DNA of 51,322 nt from Bacteroidales bacterium (GCA_035389045.1 DAOORA010000028.1:1-51322), one strand, 5' to 3'; counted from the stretch's first letter, positions 1 to 9,582 are shown. Program-made: numbers and translations. Notes: a model not told the origin generated them from the sequence alone.

Positions 1-123
1 GGTTCTGTCGGTTTGTGATTTTCCTGCGGAAACAGCAAAAACAACAAACCCAACCACTAATGCAAAACGAAGGGTATTCGAAATCGCTGCCCTTGTTTTC
101 AAAGAAAAAGTAAGTTTTTTCAT
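1..123 (-). CDS. 5' end of a secreted protein running off the left edge; probable paralogue of 585..5891
   Basis: Manual translation from ATG at 123 gives MKKLTFSLKTRAAISNTLRFALVVGFVVFAVSAGKSQTDRT, open to position 1. It is a Sec signal peptide resembling MKKSTFNLK...FTFSAVKSQT of 585..5891. Confidence 0.75.
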   Translation of the reverse strand, partial: MKKLTFSLKTRAAISNTLRFALVVGFVVFAVSAGKSQTDRT

Positions 124-203
124 AGTGTTACGTTTTATGGTTTTGTTTATGTTAATTGTTAAATAATAATTAAGGGAAAAAAGAATTGTTGTTAACAATT
201 TTA

Positions 204-211
204 CAAAAGTA
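204..211 (-). promoter_or_regulatory. Bacteroidota -7 promoter element (TACTTTTG) for the edge gene
   Basis: Matches TAnnTTTG, about 80 nt upstream of ATG 123. Confidence 0.5.
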
Positions 212-520
212 TAAAAATGAATGTTAAGAAACAAGATAATTTTAAAATAAATTATAAATTCCACATAAATATTTTTTTGAATGATTATTAGATTCTGAAT
301 CCCAATAGGTATTGCAAGGAAATATGTATATTGTAAAATATAATATTAATATATATATTTAGTGGGTGATTCTTAACAGTATTTTATATTTTTAAATGAA
401 AATGAATCATTTTACGGCAGCGTGAATGAGGTTTGTCTGTGTAAAATGTTTAATGACTGGGGCCGGGTGTAACAACAAACGTATCTGTCATTAATACTTA
501 TATGAAAATGAAAGAGGATG

Positions 521-562
521 AAAAAAAGAGAGACTGTGCTTTTTGCAAAAGACAGCCTCTCC
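521..562 (-). terminator. Rho-independent terminator after the 1768-aa gene
   Basis: Stem GAGAGACTGT/ACAGCCTCTC with an inner CTTTT/AAAAG pairing; the A-run at 521-527 is a U-tract on the minus strand; about 25 nt past the stop. Confidence 0.75.
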
Positions 563-584
563 TTATAAGATAATTGGTATTAGA

Positions 585-3500
585 TTAATGAATCAATTTC
601 AAAACAAGGCATTTTGATTTATTCAAACCTGCATATTCCAATTTAAAGGTATACATACCGGCGGACAGATCTTTTGGTGAAAATACAACAGTATGTTCCC
701 CGCTGTTTCTGTTTTCGTTTACAAGTTCTGTAACTAATTCGCCGATACTGTTGTACACATTCAGTTTAACGGCTCCTGCTTCCGGAATGCTGTAAGTTAG
801 AGTAGCATCCCCGCTGAACGGGTTTGGATATCCTGCAAATCTGAACTCAGGATCGGCATGATCTCCCTGTACAAAAATTTTGGGCATCAAAAGGTATGCC
901 TCCTCATTTTCTTCACCATACTGGTCGCCTATTATTCCTGTTCCGTTTAATTCAAACCCGGTTTCTCCCTGTGGCAGATCACGCAGCGAACAGAACCTGA
1001 AATTGATGATCTGATCATTGGCTGATACATCAAAAGGATGGGTTGTAGCAAAAACTACCCTGATCACGCCGGCATCATCGGTCACCAGCAGGTCGTTATC
1101 ATCGGCAAAGATTTCTTCCAGGGTCGGGTTGATCCTGATGGTGCCATTTTTGTTTCCGGTGCTGGGCATAGTGACATTTTCCAGTTTGAAATTCTCATGC
1201 GGATAATTCAGCGTCAGGCCTAATGCAGAAAAATCATTTATTTTGCTGCTAATCCGTAAGGGAACTTCAAAACACCGGTTATCATTTATAATCATTGATT
1301 CTTCTGTCTGGACGATAATGTTTTCAGGTAAAGATTTTGAAAGTGACCATGTTACCAGAGAATCGAGATATTTGTTGCTCGATGCATTATAATCGCCGTT
1401 GCATATTGTTTTTAACTGAAGGTTAAGATCTGCACCTGCCACCGTAATCAATGTATCCATGGTTGGCCAGTTACCTGCGGGAAAATTCCGGGGAACACTA
1501 TAGGGCGAACCCACTTTGGCTTTTATCCGGGCAATGTCAATTCCGTTGACTGCAAGATTGTTGTCCACATCAGCAGCTTTTTTGTATTTTGCAGAAAAAT
1601 TCCGTGTTGGATCCACTGTAGTATCAGCGCCGATATTATATTTCAGAAGGGCAACATCGATGGCATCTATGCCATTACCCCACTGCATGGTATCACTGCT
1701 GTATTTATCAAAAGAAAGCCGGTAGTTGCCATCGGCCACATTGGTAAACTGAAACATCCCGAGCGCATCGCTCGTATCCCTTGCCACTTCTGTTCCTCCG
1801 GGAATACTCTTTAGTGATACGATAACATTGTCAATGCTGTATTTTACTGCGCTGTAAGCGGGAGGGGTTGGCACAGGATTGCCGGTGTTAGCTTTTCCTG
1901 CATATACGGTTTTACCGCTTACGTTATGTCCTACTCCGGCGGACATGCTTGCATAAAGGTTGTATGCTGAGCCTCCGGTAACATCAGAATAGGTACCACA
2001 TTCGATCCAGTAAGACATGCCTGCAGTCAGAGGGATTATTATTTCCGGCGCCAGCCCGCTGTTGTTGTCATACGAATCGTCATCTTCATCCAGAAGGGTT
2101 CCGCAGCATGAGCCGCTGAATATACGCATATAGGTATCCCCGTCACTGTTTCTCATATCAAGAGTGTAGTTTCCCGTGGTGGTGCAGTCGAATCTGAAGA
2201 ATACATCGTTATATGCCCTGCCGGCACAATCATCCGAACATCCCAGGGTTCCGGAAGTATTAAAGCCTGCAGTTATCTGTGCCTGGCTGATAAGCGTTGC
2301 TCCGGCGCACGTTTCGTTCGATGGCGGGGTGCACATAACCGGACAGTTTACATAAAATGTATGTGTTCCCGTAGTTGAGTTTTCATCATCCAGCAGGAGG
2401 AAATAGGTGACTCCTTGTGTCCAGTTCATAGCCCCATAAGTGCCGGGTGCATTAAGATCATCAATACAGGTCCAGCCTGACTCAGCACAGGTATTTGCCT
2501 GCCAGAGATAATCAACGTATCCGCTTGCTGCAGTCACTTCTATGCTGTACACACCGGTTACAGGAGCAACAAAACTGTATATTTTTTCTATACCCGGCGA
2601 TGAATAACATGGATTTGACGCCCAAAAACCCGAGCCACCACCGGTGAAGGTTTGTGCATTACCGGCGCCGCAGCCGATGGCGGTTATATTTGAACAGGGA
2701 GAACCTGCACATGACCTTGATATGGTGAACGTTCCTGTGATGGTGGAAGTTGATGACCAGTGACCGATGTAAATATAATAATTTGTTCCGCTCACCGGAG
2801 TGAAGGTATACGTTTCAGTGCTCGCAAAGAAGTAGTCGTCCACACAGGCTACATTGGTTAAATTACCGCAAGAACCGCTTAATATGGCCATCTGATGGTC
2901 GAAAGTTGCTGCGGAAGAAATCGTGGTTTCAACGCCATCGCCTGTAAATTTATACCATACACCATAGTTTGACATGTTGCATCCTGTCACAGTTGTTTCA
3001 CTGACACAGTTCACAGTTGTTCCTGACAGCCCTGTTGTCCCGCAGGGCAGACTGGTTGCATTCACACACAGATCATTGGGCGGGATCACCGGGCAATTGA
3101 TGTAAAAAGTATGGGTTCCTGTGGTGGAGTTTTCATCATCGAGAAGGATATAATAGGTGACGCCCTGCGTCCAGTTCATCGAACCATAGGTTCCGGCAGT
3201 GTAAATATCGTCGATGCAGGTCCAGCCTGTTTCACCGCAAGTGTTTGCCTGCCACTGGTAATCTACATATCCGCTCGCTGCTGTGACCTGGATGCTGTAT
3301 GTACCTGTAGTTGGTGCTACAAAACTGTAAATCTTTTCTGTTCCGGGGCTGTCGAAACCACAGGAATTGAAATCGAAAAAACCGGTGTTCCAAACTCCGG
3401 CGCCACCACCGGTAAAGGTTTTGGCATAACCCGACCCACAGCCGTTAATAGCAGTGATATTTGAACAGGGTGAGGTGGCACAGGTTCTCGAAATGGTAAA

Positions 3501-5891
3501 TGTCCCTGTGGTTGTCCCTGTGGTATAATAAGCGATATAGATATAATATGTTGTTCCGTAGGTGGGGGTAAAGGTATACGTTTCAGTGCCGCCACTTAAA
3601 TATTGGTCTCTGCACACCACCGATGTGAAATTGCCACAGGAACCGTAAACGATATCCATTTCGTGGTCAAAATTAGCTGTCGACGAAATGGTCGTTTCAA
3701 TGCCGTCTCCCGTAAATTTATACCATACGCCATAAGCCGATACCGAACAGCCTGTTCCGGGTGTTTCGCTGACACAGTTTTCCGTTGTCCCGGCCATATT
3801 GGTGGTTCCGCAGGGTAAGTTAATAGCGTTTGCGCATGCATCATTAACGGGAACACCTGCATATTTATACTTCAGATTCCCCGTATTAACAAGGTCAGTG
3901 CAGTTATAGTGTGAAACCGCTACGTAATACGTACCATTGGAAGGACACGTCCAATTCAGTGAAGCCGCAAGAGATGTGTTGCAATAGGGGCCGTAATCGT
4001 CATTTTCAGTTATCAGTGTTCCGCTGGAATTATATATCCCGATCCAGGTGTCTTCAACGCCGTCGTAACTGTCGCATGTGCTGAAATTATAAGTGGTCCC
4101 GCTGGATGCTGCAAAAGCGAAAAATGGTTTCCTTCCTGCGGTGCAAGTTATGTTTTGCCATACCGTGGTCGGGACTATGTTGCTGCCCTGCCAGTTACCG
4201 CACATATCGGCGCCCGGGGTATAGGTGATAAATAAATTGGGACGGTTATAACCGAAGGTTCCGTTGTTGGTAGGAGGGGTGTTGTCCTGAAACCACCACT
4301 GATGCCTGCATTTTGAATATGTGGTATACCTGAAATAAGGGGTTCCGGTAGCTCCGGTGCCTCCGTAATTACATTCCGTAAGAACCTGAAGATTGGCCGT
4401 AGTGCTGTATGAATATGGGAATACGGTGTCTAAAAGCATCACCTGCCAGCCGATATTGGGGAAGTAATAATTGCCGGTTTCAACGATGGAAGAATTAGCC
4501 GTGGCAGTAGACCAGGTAAGGGAAGGAAAATCCCAAGCCGTGGTCGTGGCGGTTTTTAAACGGAGAACGCTGGGAGCCACCGTACTGCTCGACGCATTGA
4601 CATACCAGCCTACATTTTTAATCAGGACATTACCGATATTGCCGATTTCGGAATACAGGTAAATGGCAGCGCTGCGGGTATAACCATATTTCATGAACCA
4701 CGGATAGTCATAATTAGCCATGCCTGAGCCAAAGGTTAATGTCGGATCAATCGTGATCGGAAAAACTCTTCCGGAGTTTTGAAGCCAGTCAACCGATACT
4801 AAAGAATATACTTCGATACCGCCCGGGACAAAATGAACCATATAGCTACCTGTGGTTACATGCCCGTCACGTTCGGCCATTTCTTCCGGTGTTAGTTTGT
4901 TATCAGGCAGTGAGAGCAGCTGATAAGCCCGCTCCATTGAAACACCGTCGTCAAAAATAACGATTGGGGCAAAGGTAAGGCCGATGGTATCACCCTGAAC
5001 TTTTATCGTAAAACTCTCACATTCAAAATCTGTAGTGCTGATGGCATCATTATTCAATACGGTGTATCCGGCCTGTAAAGGAATGAATTGCACAAAAGCC
5101 GCATTTCCGCCGTTTGCAGCAAGTAATGATCCCTGTAAGGCATTGATAATGATGTTGTTTTCTATTCCGGATTCCAACACCACAAACTCATCGGTGACCC
5201 CCGGGAAATCATTATACCTGATCATATTGTCGTTGGGAATCCCGGCACATGCAGTGGCATTGACGGATGAAACGACAGATTTGTTGTCGTTTAATATTTT
5301 CAGACTGGGATTTTTCCATACATTATACTGGCGGTTTCCATATTGCATAATGATACCAGCACCCGTTGTATTATCCGGATAAAAAGTTTTAATTTCATGG
5401 GTGATATTGGCATAACCATGAGCGTTGAACTTCCCTGTGTTGTTTTCCTTTATCGTGAAATCGATATCCTGCCAGGCGCCATATTCATCCTGATAATGCT
5501 GAAGATCTCCGATTATGGCAGAATAACTCCCATCGCCGTTATCGAAATGTTTGGCCACTCTAGTTCTTTTATCAAGTAATTCCTGTTCCGGAGCGTATTT
5601 TTCATAGATGCCTCCTTTTTGCCATTTCCTGCCGGCAACCGAGCGGTAGCCAACCTGAACATTTCCATACTTTTCGGGTAAAGACAGTTTATTATCAATG
5701 CGGCTGTCCTGAAGTTTTGATGGTAATACTGCATTTTGTTTGTCCTCTTTAACGAAATTTTTCTGCGAAGAGGTGGCTGTTTGCGATTTTACAGCAGAAA
5801 AGGTAAAAAAGATAAACACAAACAGCAAAACAAATGGCATCCCAAAGAAGCATTTTGTCATTTTTTTTAAATTAAATGTAGATTTTTTCAT
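585..5891 (-). CDS. Large T9SS (type A CTD) secreted protein with Cys-rich/PPC-like repeats and dockerin-like and cohesin-like modules
   Basis: Signal peptide (AVKS|Q); C-terminal YPNPF...VYNSIGELV...LSAGMY CTD; tandem NDxCxNA repeat domains; paired GIDAIDVALL / AADVDNNLAVNGID motifs. Confidence 0.85.
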   Translation of the reverse strand: MKKSTFNLKKMTKCFFGMPFVLLFVFIFFTFSAVKSQTATSSQKNFVKEDKQNAVLPSKLQDSRIDNKLSLPEKYGNVQVGYRSVAGRKWQKGGIYEKYAPEQELLDKRTRVAKHFDNGDGSYSAIIGDLQHYQDEYGAWQDIDFTIKENNTGKFNAHGYANITHEIKTFYPDNTTGAGIIMQYGNRQYNVWKNPSLKILNDNKSVVSSVNATACAGIPNDNMIRYNDFPGVTDEFVVLESGIENNIIINALQGSLLAANGGNAAFVQFIPLQAGYTVLNNDAISTTDFECESFTIKVQGDTIGLTFAPIVIFDDGVSMERAYQLLSLPDNKLTPEEMAERDGHVTTGSYMVHFVPGGIEVYSLVSVDWLQNSGRVFPITIDPTLTFGSGMANYDYPWFMKYGYTRSAAIYLYSEIGNIGNVLIKNVGWYVNASSSTVAPSVLRLKTATTTAWDFPSLTWSTATANSSIVETGNYYFPNIGWQVMLLDTVFPYSYSTTANLQVLTECNYGGTGATGTPYFRYTTYSKCRHQWWFQDNTPPTNNGTFGYNRPNLFITYTPGADMCGNWQGSNIVPTTVWQNITCTAGRKPFFAFAASSGTTYNFSTCDSYDGVEDTWIGIYNSSGTLITENDDYGPYCNTSLAASLNWTCPSNGTYYVAVSHYNCTDLVNTGNLKYKYAGVPVNDACANAINLPCGTTNMAGTTENCVSETPGTGCSVSAYGVWYKFTGDGIETTISSTANFDHEMDIVYGSCGNFTSVVCRDQYLSGGTETYTFTPTYGTTYYIYIAYYTTGTTTGTFTISRTCATSPCSNITAINGCGSGYAKTFTGGGAGVWNTGFFDFNSCGFDSPGTEKIYSFVAPTTGTYSIQVTAASGYVDYQWQANTCGETGWTCIDDIYTAGTYGSMNWTQGVTYYILLDDENSTTGTHTFYINCPVIPPNDLCVNATSLPCGTTGLSGTTVNCVSETTVTGCNMSNYGVWYKFTGDGVETTISSAATFDHQMAILSGSCGNLTNVACVDDYFFASTETYTFTPVSGTNYYIYIGHWSSTSTITGTFTISRSCAGSPCSNITAIGCGAGNAQTFTGGGSGFWASNPCYSSPGIEKIYSFVAPVTGVYSIEVTAASGYVDYLWQANTCAESGWTCIDDLNAPGTYGAMNWTQGVTYFLLLDDENSTTGTHTFYVNCPVMCTPPSNETCAGATLISQAQITAGFNTSGTLGCSDDCAGRAYNDVFFRFDCTTTGNYTLDMRNSDGDTYMRIFSGSCCGTLLDEDDDSYDNNSGLAPEIIIPLTAGMSYWIECGTYSDVTGGSAYNLYASMSAGVGHNVSGKTVYAGKANTGNPVPTPPAYSAVKYSIDNVIVSLKSIPGGTEVARDTSDALGMFQFTNVADGNYRLSFDKYSSDTMQWGNGIDAIDVALLKYNIGADTTVDPTRNFSAKYKKAADVDNNLAVNGIDIARIKAKVGSPYSVPRNFPAGNWPTMDTLITVAGADLNLQLKTICNGDYNASSNKYLDSLVTWSLSKSLPENIIVQTEESMIINDNRCFEVPLRISSKINDFSALGLTLNYPHENFKLENVTMPSTGNKNGTIRINPTLEEIFADDNDLLVTDDAGVIRVVFATTHPFDVSANDQIINFRFCSLRDLPQGETGFELNGTGIIGDQYGEENEEAYLLMPKIFVQGDHADPEFRFAGYPNPFSGDATLTYSIPEAGAVKLNVYNSIGELVTELVNENRNSGEHTVVFSPKDLSAGMYTFKLEYAGLNKSKCLVLKLIH
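2319..3845 (-). repeat. Intragenic tandem duplication of ~255 codons (units 3078-3845 and 2319-3077)
   Basis: Both units share YGVWYKFTGDG, TETYTFTP, SPCSNITAI, EKIYSFVAP, VTAASGYVDY, MNWTQGVTY and LLDDENSTTGTHTFY. Confidence 0.9.
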
Positions 5892-5934
5892 AAAAATTGA
5901 TTTAATGAATAATATTTTAATATAAGTATGTGAT

Positions 5935-5984
5935 GAAAAATGGATTTAAAAAGAAAAATGGATTTAAAAAAATCAAATCCATTT
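5935..5984. repeat. Perfect 18-bp tandem direct repeat plus an inverted half-copy upstream of the T9SS gene
   Basis: GAAAAATGGATTTAAAAA at 5935-5952 and 5953-5970; AAATCCATTT at 5975-5984 is the reverse complement of AAATGGATTT. Confidence 0.8.
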
Positions 5985-6180
5985 AAAAATAATTTGCAAG
6001 TATACAAAAATTATTTATGATTGATAATCTAAAAGTAACAAATTACACGTTTAATTGATTTGTTATTGTTAAATACGTGTATGATGTGAAATTTGAACTT
6101 TTCAGGGAGTCTTACAACCAAACAAGTATAATTTGATGGAACGATGGATTTTTAATCGGGTATGTATATTTAAAATTTAA

Positions 6181-6948
6181 CTATATGCCAAATAGTTTTT
6201 TTGCATTAGCCGATGTGTGTTCCGCCACTTCCTCGGTACTGATGTTTTTTAATTGTGCTATAAAGTTGGCGATCAGGGGGATGTTGGAACTTTCATTACG
6301 TTTTCCGCGGAGTGGAACGGGGGCCAGGTAGGGGGCATCTGTTTCAAGTACTATATGTTTAATGTCAATCTGTTTTACAACTTCTGCCATTGTCGAATTT
6401 TTATAAGTAACGACACCGCCTATGCCCAAATAAAATCCCATATCAGCGACATGCCTGGCCTCTTTTATATTACCCGGGAAACAGTGAAACACTCCTGTAA
6501 GGTCTTTGTTTTCATAGTTTTTTAGTATGGTAAATATCTCGTTAAGCGACTTACGCGAATGGATTATAACCGCCAGCCCGAATCGAATGGCAAGTTCGAT
6601 ATGAAAAGTGAACGCATCCATTTGTTCGCGGATATGGTTTTTATCCCAATAGAGGTCAATGCCTGTTTCTCCGATTCCATAAAATTTATAGGCGGAAATG
6701 TTTTTTTCAATTTCAGACAGTTCCTCTTTATAATTATCTTTTACAGAAGTAGGATGAAGGCCTATCATCGGAAAACAATTGTCGGGATACTTTCTGCTCA
6801 GCTCAAGCATACTGTTCCTTACGGTGGTGTCGATGTCGGGCAGAAAAAGTTTTGTGACCTTGTTTTGTATGGCACGTTGAATGACAGTGTCAATATCGGC
6901 TGAAAATTCTTCGGCGTACAGATGCGTATGTGTGTCGGTAAAATACAT
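6181..6948 (-). CDS. tatD: TatD family hydrolase/DNase
   Basis: DTHTH, GLHP, IGETGID, IIHSR, FHCF and LETDAPYL motifs. Confidence 0.95.
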   Translation of the reverse strand: MYFTDTHTHLYAEEFSADIDTVIQRAIQNKVTKLFLPDIDTTVRNSMLELSRKYPDNCFPMIGLHPTSVKDNYKEELSEIEKNISAYKFYGIGETGIDLYWDKNHIREQMDAFTFHIELAIRFGLAVIIHSRKSLNEIFTILKNYENKDLTGVFHCFPGNIKEARHVADMGFYLGIGGVVTYKNSTMAEVVKQIDIKHIVLETDAPYLAPVPLRGKRNESSNIPLIANFIAQLKNISTEEVAEHTSANAKKLFGI

Positions 6949-6979
6949 AGGGCAATAGTTGCATTTAGGCGGTCAGGAT

Positions 6980-7699
6980 TCAGTTACATTTGAAAAGCCC
7001 GTATTTCAGTATGCAGATTACGGCCCTGACGCCGTCTTTCCAGTTTATTTTTTTTCCTTCATCATAGGTTCGTCCATAATACGAGATTCCGACTTCATAG
7101 ATCCTGATGTTTTTTTTTCGTGCAATTTTTGCGGTAACCTCCGGTTCAAAGCCAAAATGGTTTTCGCGTAATTGAATACCCTGAATTATATCCCTGCGGA
7201 ACAGTTTGTAACAGGTTTCCATGTCCGACAGGTTCAGGTTGGTAAATATGTTCGAGAGATTCGTCAGAAAACGGTTTCCCAGGGTATGCCAGAAAAACAA
7301 TATCCGGTGCGGTTTTCCTCCAATCAGGCGCGAACCGTATACCACATCGGCAAAGCCTTTGATGACGGGTTTTAGCAATACATTATATTCTTCAGGATCA
7401 TATTCAAGGTCTGCATCCTGAATCACTATAAAATCACCCGTGGCTTTTGCTATACCGGTATGCAGTGCAGCCCCTTTGCCTGAATTTTTTTCATGCTTGA
7501 AATATTTGACATTTAAGTCCTTATAAGTATTTATATATGAAAATATGGCTGCTTCGGTATTATCTGCAGAACAATCATTTACAATTATGATCTCTTTTTC
7601 AATATTTTCAATAAGTAGTACGGTTCGGATCCGGTCTAAAACCAGATGTACCGTTTTGCCTTCATTGTATGCAGGTATGATGATAGATAATACAGCCAT
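6980..7699 (-). CDS. Glycosyltransferase family 2 (DPM1-like)
   Basis: SIIIPAYNE, VNDCSAD, NSGKGAA, IQDADLEYDP, DMETCYK and FGFEPE motifs. Confidence 0.92.
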   Translation of the reverse strand: MAVLSIIIPAYNEGKTVHLVLDRIRTVLLIENIEKEIIIVNDCSADNTEAAIFSYINTYKDLNVKYFKHEKNSGKGAALHTGIAKATGDFIVIQDADLEYDPEEYNVLLKPVIKGFADVVYGSRLIGGKPHRILFFWHTLGNRFLTNLSNIFTNLNLSDMETCYKLFRRDIIQGIQLRENHFGFEPEVTAKIARKKNIRIYEVGISYYGRTYDEGKKINWKDGVRAVICILKYGLFKCN

Positions 7700-7718
7700 A
7701 ATGATAAATTTATGTGTA

Positions 7719-7726
7719 CAAAAATA
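7719..7726 (-). promoter_or_regulatory. -7 promoter element (TATTTTTG) for GT2-tatD
   Basis: TAnnTTTG match 20 nt upstream of ATG 7699. Confidence 0.55.
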
Positions 7727-7791
7727 ATATTAATCAATAAAGTATGGTTAACATTTTGTATTACGCAACAACTATTGCAATATTTCGTTTG

Positions 7792-7799
7792 TATCTTTG
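7792..7799 (+). promoter_or_regulatory. -7 promoter element (TATCTTTG) for the 7816/9582 gene pair
   Basis: TAnnTTTG match just upstream of ATG 7816; divergent from the element at 7719. Confidence 0.6.
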
Positions 7800-7815
7800 C
7801 TGAAATTTCTGCTTG

Positions 7816-9582
7816 ATGCACCGAAAACACAAAGTATTTTTCCTGGTCGGACTGCTGCTGGTTTTTGCAATGTTTTTCCTGTATCTGGTGTACGAACAGA
7901 AAAATAATGTTTTTTATCCCAAGCCGCCCATCATAACATGCGATATTGCCGCTTCTGATAGCGGCGCCCTCCCCGGACTGTATCAATTCACTTTTGAAGA
8001 TGCTGAGAATGAGATGTTTGCCAATAAACGTGCCCGTTCGGGCAGCGGGGCATTGAAGGTATCGGGCTTCAGAAGCGCAACAGCCGCAGTTCAAATAATG
8101 ATGAACAGCAAACTTTTATTGGCAGAAGAAGCCCTTTTTGGCGCCTGGCTCTTTATCGGTGATACTGCCGTCAGAACTGAAGGTAAACTGGTGTTTCAGA
8201 TCGTTGATAAAGCCAACAAGGTGAAATTTTCAGCGGCTTCAGAAATAAATATAAATGAAATGACTGTTGCTGAGCACGGATGGTTTTATGTGTGCGGAAA
8301 AGCAGCGTGGAAGGACTATGATATACTGCCTTCAGACCTGGTGAAGATATATTATTGGAATAATTGTAACAACACGGTTTATGTGGATGATGTTCAGGTG
8401 ATTTTTGGCCGGCAGATAATCAAAGGTGATAAAACCCTGATTGATCTTTCATCACATCAGGAACAATACATACCCGGCAGAAATCAGCCGCCTTACCGTA
8501 CAATTTTTTTTGATAATATTCCGGTGACTAATGTAATTGGTACCAGAGTTTTATCGCCCTATGGTAAAGATTCCCTCATGTTATCAGTTGACGATGTCTT
8601 ATGCCCCGGCATGTTTGTAAACTCATTCAACAGGAGTGAACAGATTTTAGTGCTAAGGAACAGCAAACCTCTGGCTCTGCTTTGGTTCGAGAAGCAAAAT
8701 TCACGATTTTCCTTTGTCAACCTGTCTGCCGCAATGGATTCCGGTATTGGAAAGCCGGGCATTTATGCCACTGCTGATGTTGACGGCGATGGCACTGACG
8801 AATGGGTTACCTGTTCTGGTGATCAGACGCAACGGATAGAAATTTATAAATTTCAGGCCGTGAACCCTCATGTGAAGCGGGTGTTTTCAAAGCAGGCCAA
8901 CGAAGCAGGCGTTGCAGGTAAAATCATACAAATAGAATCATACCACACTGCAAATAATAAAAACAACGGCATCGCCCTTCTCGATGACCTGTGCCATGTG
9001 TTTTTGATGCACTATGAGAAAAACTCATTGACAAGCCGCTTACACATTGATTTGTCGGAGGCAAATTCAAATAAATATGTATGCAAAATGGTCTGCGGAA
9101 AATTTCTTGATCCCAAAACAGATGACAACCTCCTGTTTTTATATACGGAAAAAAAATCCGGAAGGTGCTTTTATAAAATAACAGCGCTTGACAAGGATGT
9201 GCAGGGCATGAAAACTTTGGTTCAGGGAAATTTTGATAGTAAATGCGATACGTTATATGCTGATAACGAATATTTTACATGTGATTTAAATGCTGATAAT
9301 GTTGATGAAATCCTTTCTTTTTTTAATGGATGGAGGTACGATGGCAAACTGTGTTCGTTTGATAAGGATGGGTATAATATCATGGCTAATATTGATTTTA
9401 CAGGGTATCCGAAAGATTTTAACCCGAAATATTATGAGAAGATTACCCTGACCGCAGGAAAATTCATTGATAAAAACACCCTTTCTGTTTTTGTCCTTTG
9501 CGGATCATTGAAACATAAACACAGACTCACTGATGAAATGCCTCCCTATATCTGTATGTTCAGTTATTTAAATCCAAAATAA
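7816..9582 (+). CDS. Membrane-anchored hypothetical protein with a CBM-like N-domain and FG-GAP/VCBS-like repeats
   Basis: N-terminal hydrophobic helix; FTFED...ARSGSGALKV...VYVDDVQV jelly-roll pattern; ADVDGDGTDE and CDLNADNVDE loops. ATG 7816 preferred over TTG 7813. Confidence 0.6.
   Translation: MHRKHKVFFLVGLLLVFAMFFLYLVYEQKNNVFYPKPPIITCDIAASDSGALPGLYQFTFEDAENEMFANKRARSGSGALKVSGFRSATAAVQIMMNSKLLLAEEALFGAWLFIGDTAVRTEGKLVFQIVDKANKVKFSAASEININEMTVAEHGWFYVCGKAAWKDYDILPSDLVKIYYWNNCNNTVYVDDVQVIFGRQIIKGDKTLIDLSSHQEQYIPGRNQPPYRTIFFDNIPVTNVIGTRVLSPYGKDSLMLSVDDVLCPGMFVNSFNRSEQILVLRNSKPLALLWFEKQNSRFSFVNLSAAMDSGIGKPGIYATADVDGDGTDEWVTCSGDQTQRIEIYKFQAVNPHVKRVFSKQANEAGVAGKIIQIESYHTANNKNNGIALLDDLCHVFLMHYEKNSLTSRLHIDLSEANSNKYVCKMVCGKFLDPKTDDNLLFLYTEKKSGRCFYKITALDKDVQGMKTLVQGNFDSKCDTLYADNEYFTCDLNADNVDEILSFFNGWRYDGKLCSFDKDGYNIMANIDFTGYPKDFNPKYYEKITLTAGKFIDKNTLSVFVLCGSLKHKHRLTDEMPPYICMFSYLNPK

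Noticed and set aside
450..494. TTAATGAC...GTCATTAA stem as a possible sRNA
   Set aside because: An 8-bp AT-rich stem with an unstructured loop and no other support.
2319..3845. DGR template/variable repeat pair
   Set aside because: Both copies are in-frame coding units, differences include indels and are not confined to adenines, and no reverse transcriptase is present in the window.
5935..5970. Possible CRISPR repeat
   Set aside because: Only two adjacent 18-mers with no spacer and no cas genes.
6044..6081. TACACGT...ACGTGTA inverted repeat
   Set aside because: Short stem with a long loop in AT-rich DNA; cannot be distinguished from chance.
7636..8094. 152-aa minus-strand ORF
   Set aside because: It overlaps both the GT2 and the 7816 gene and spans their divergent promoters.
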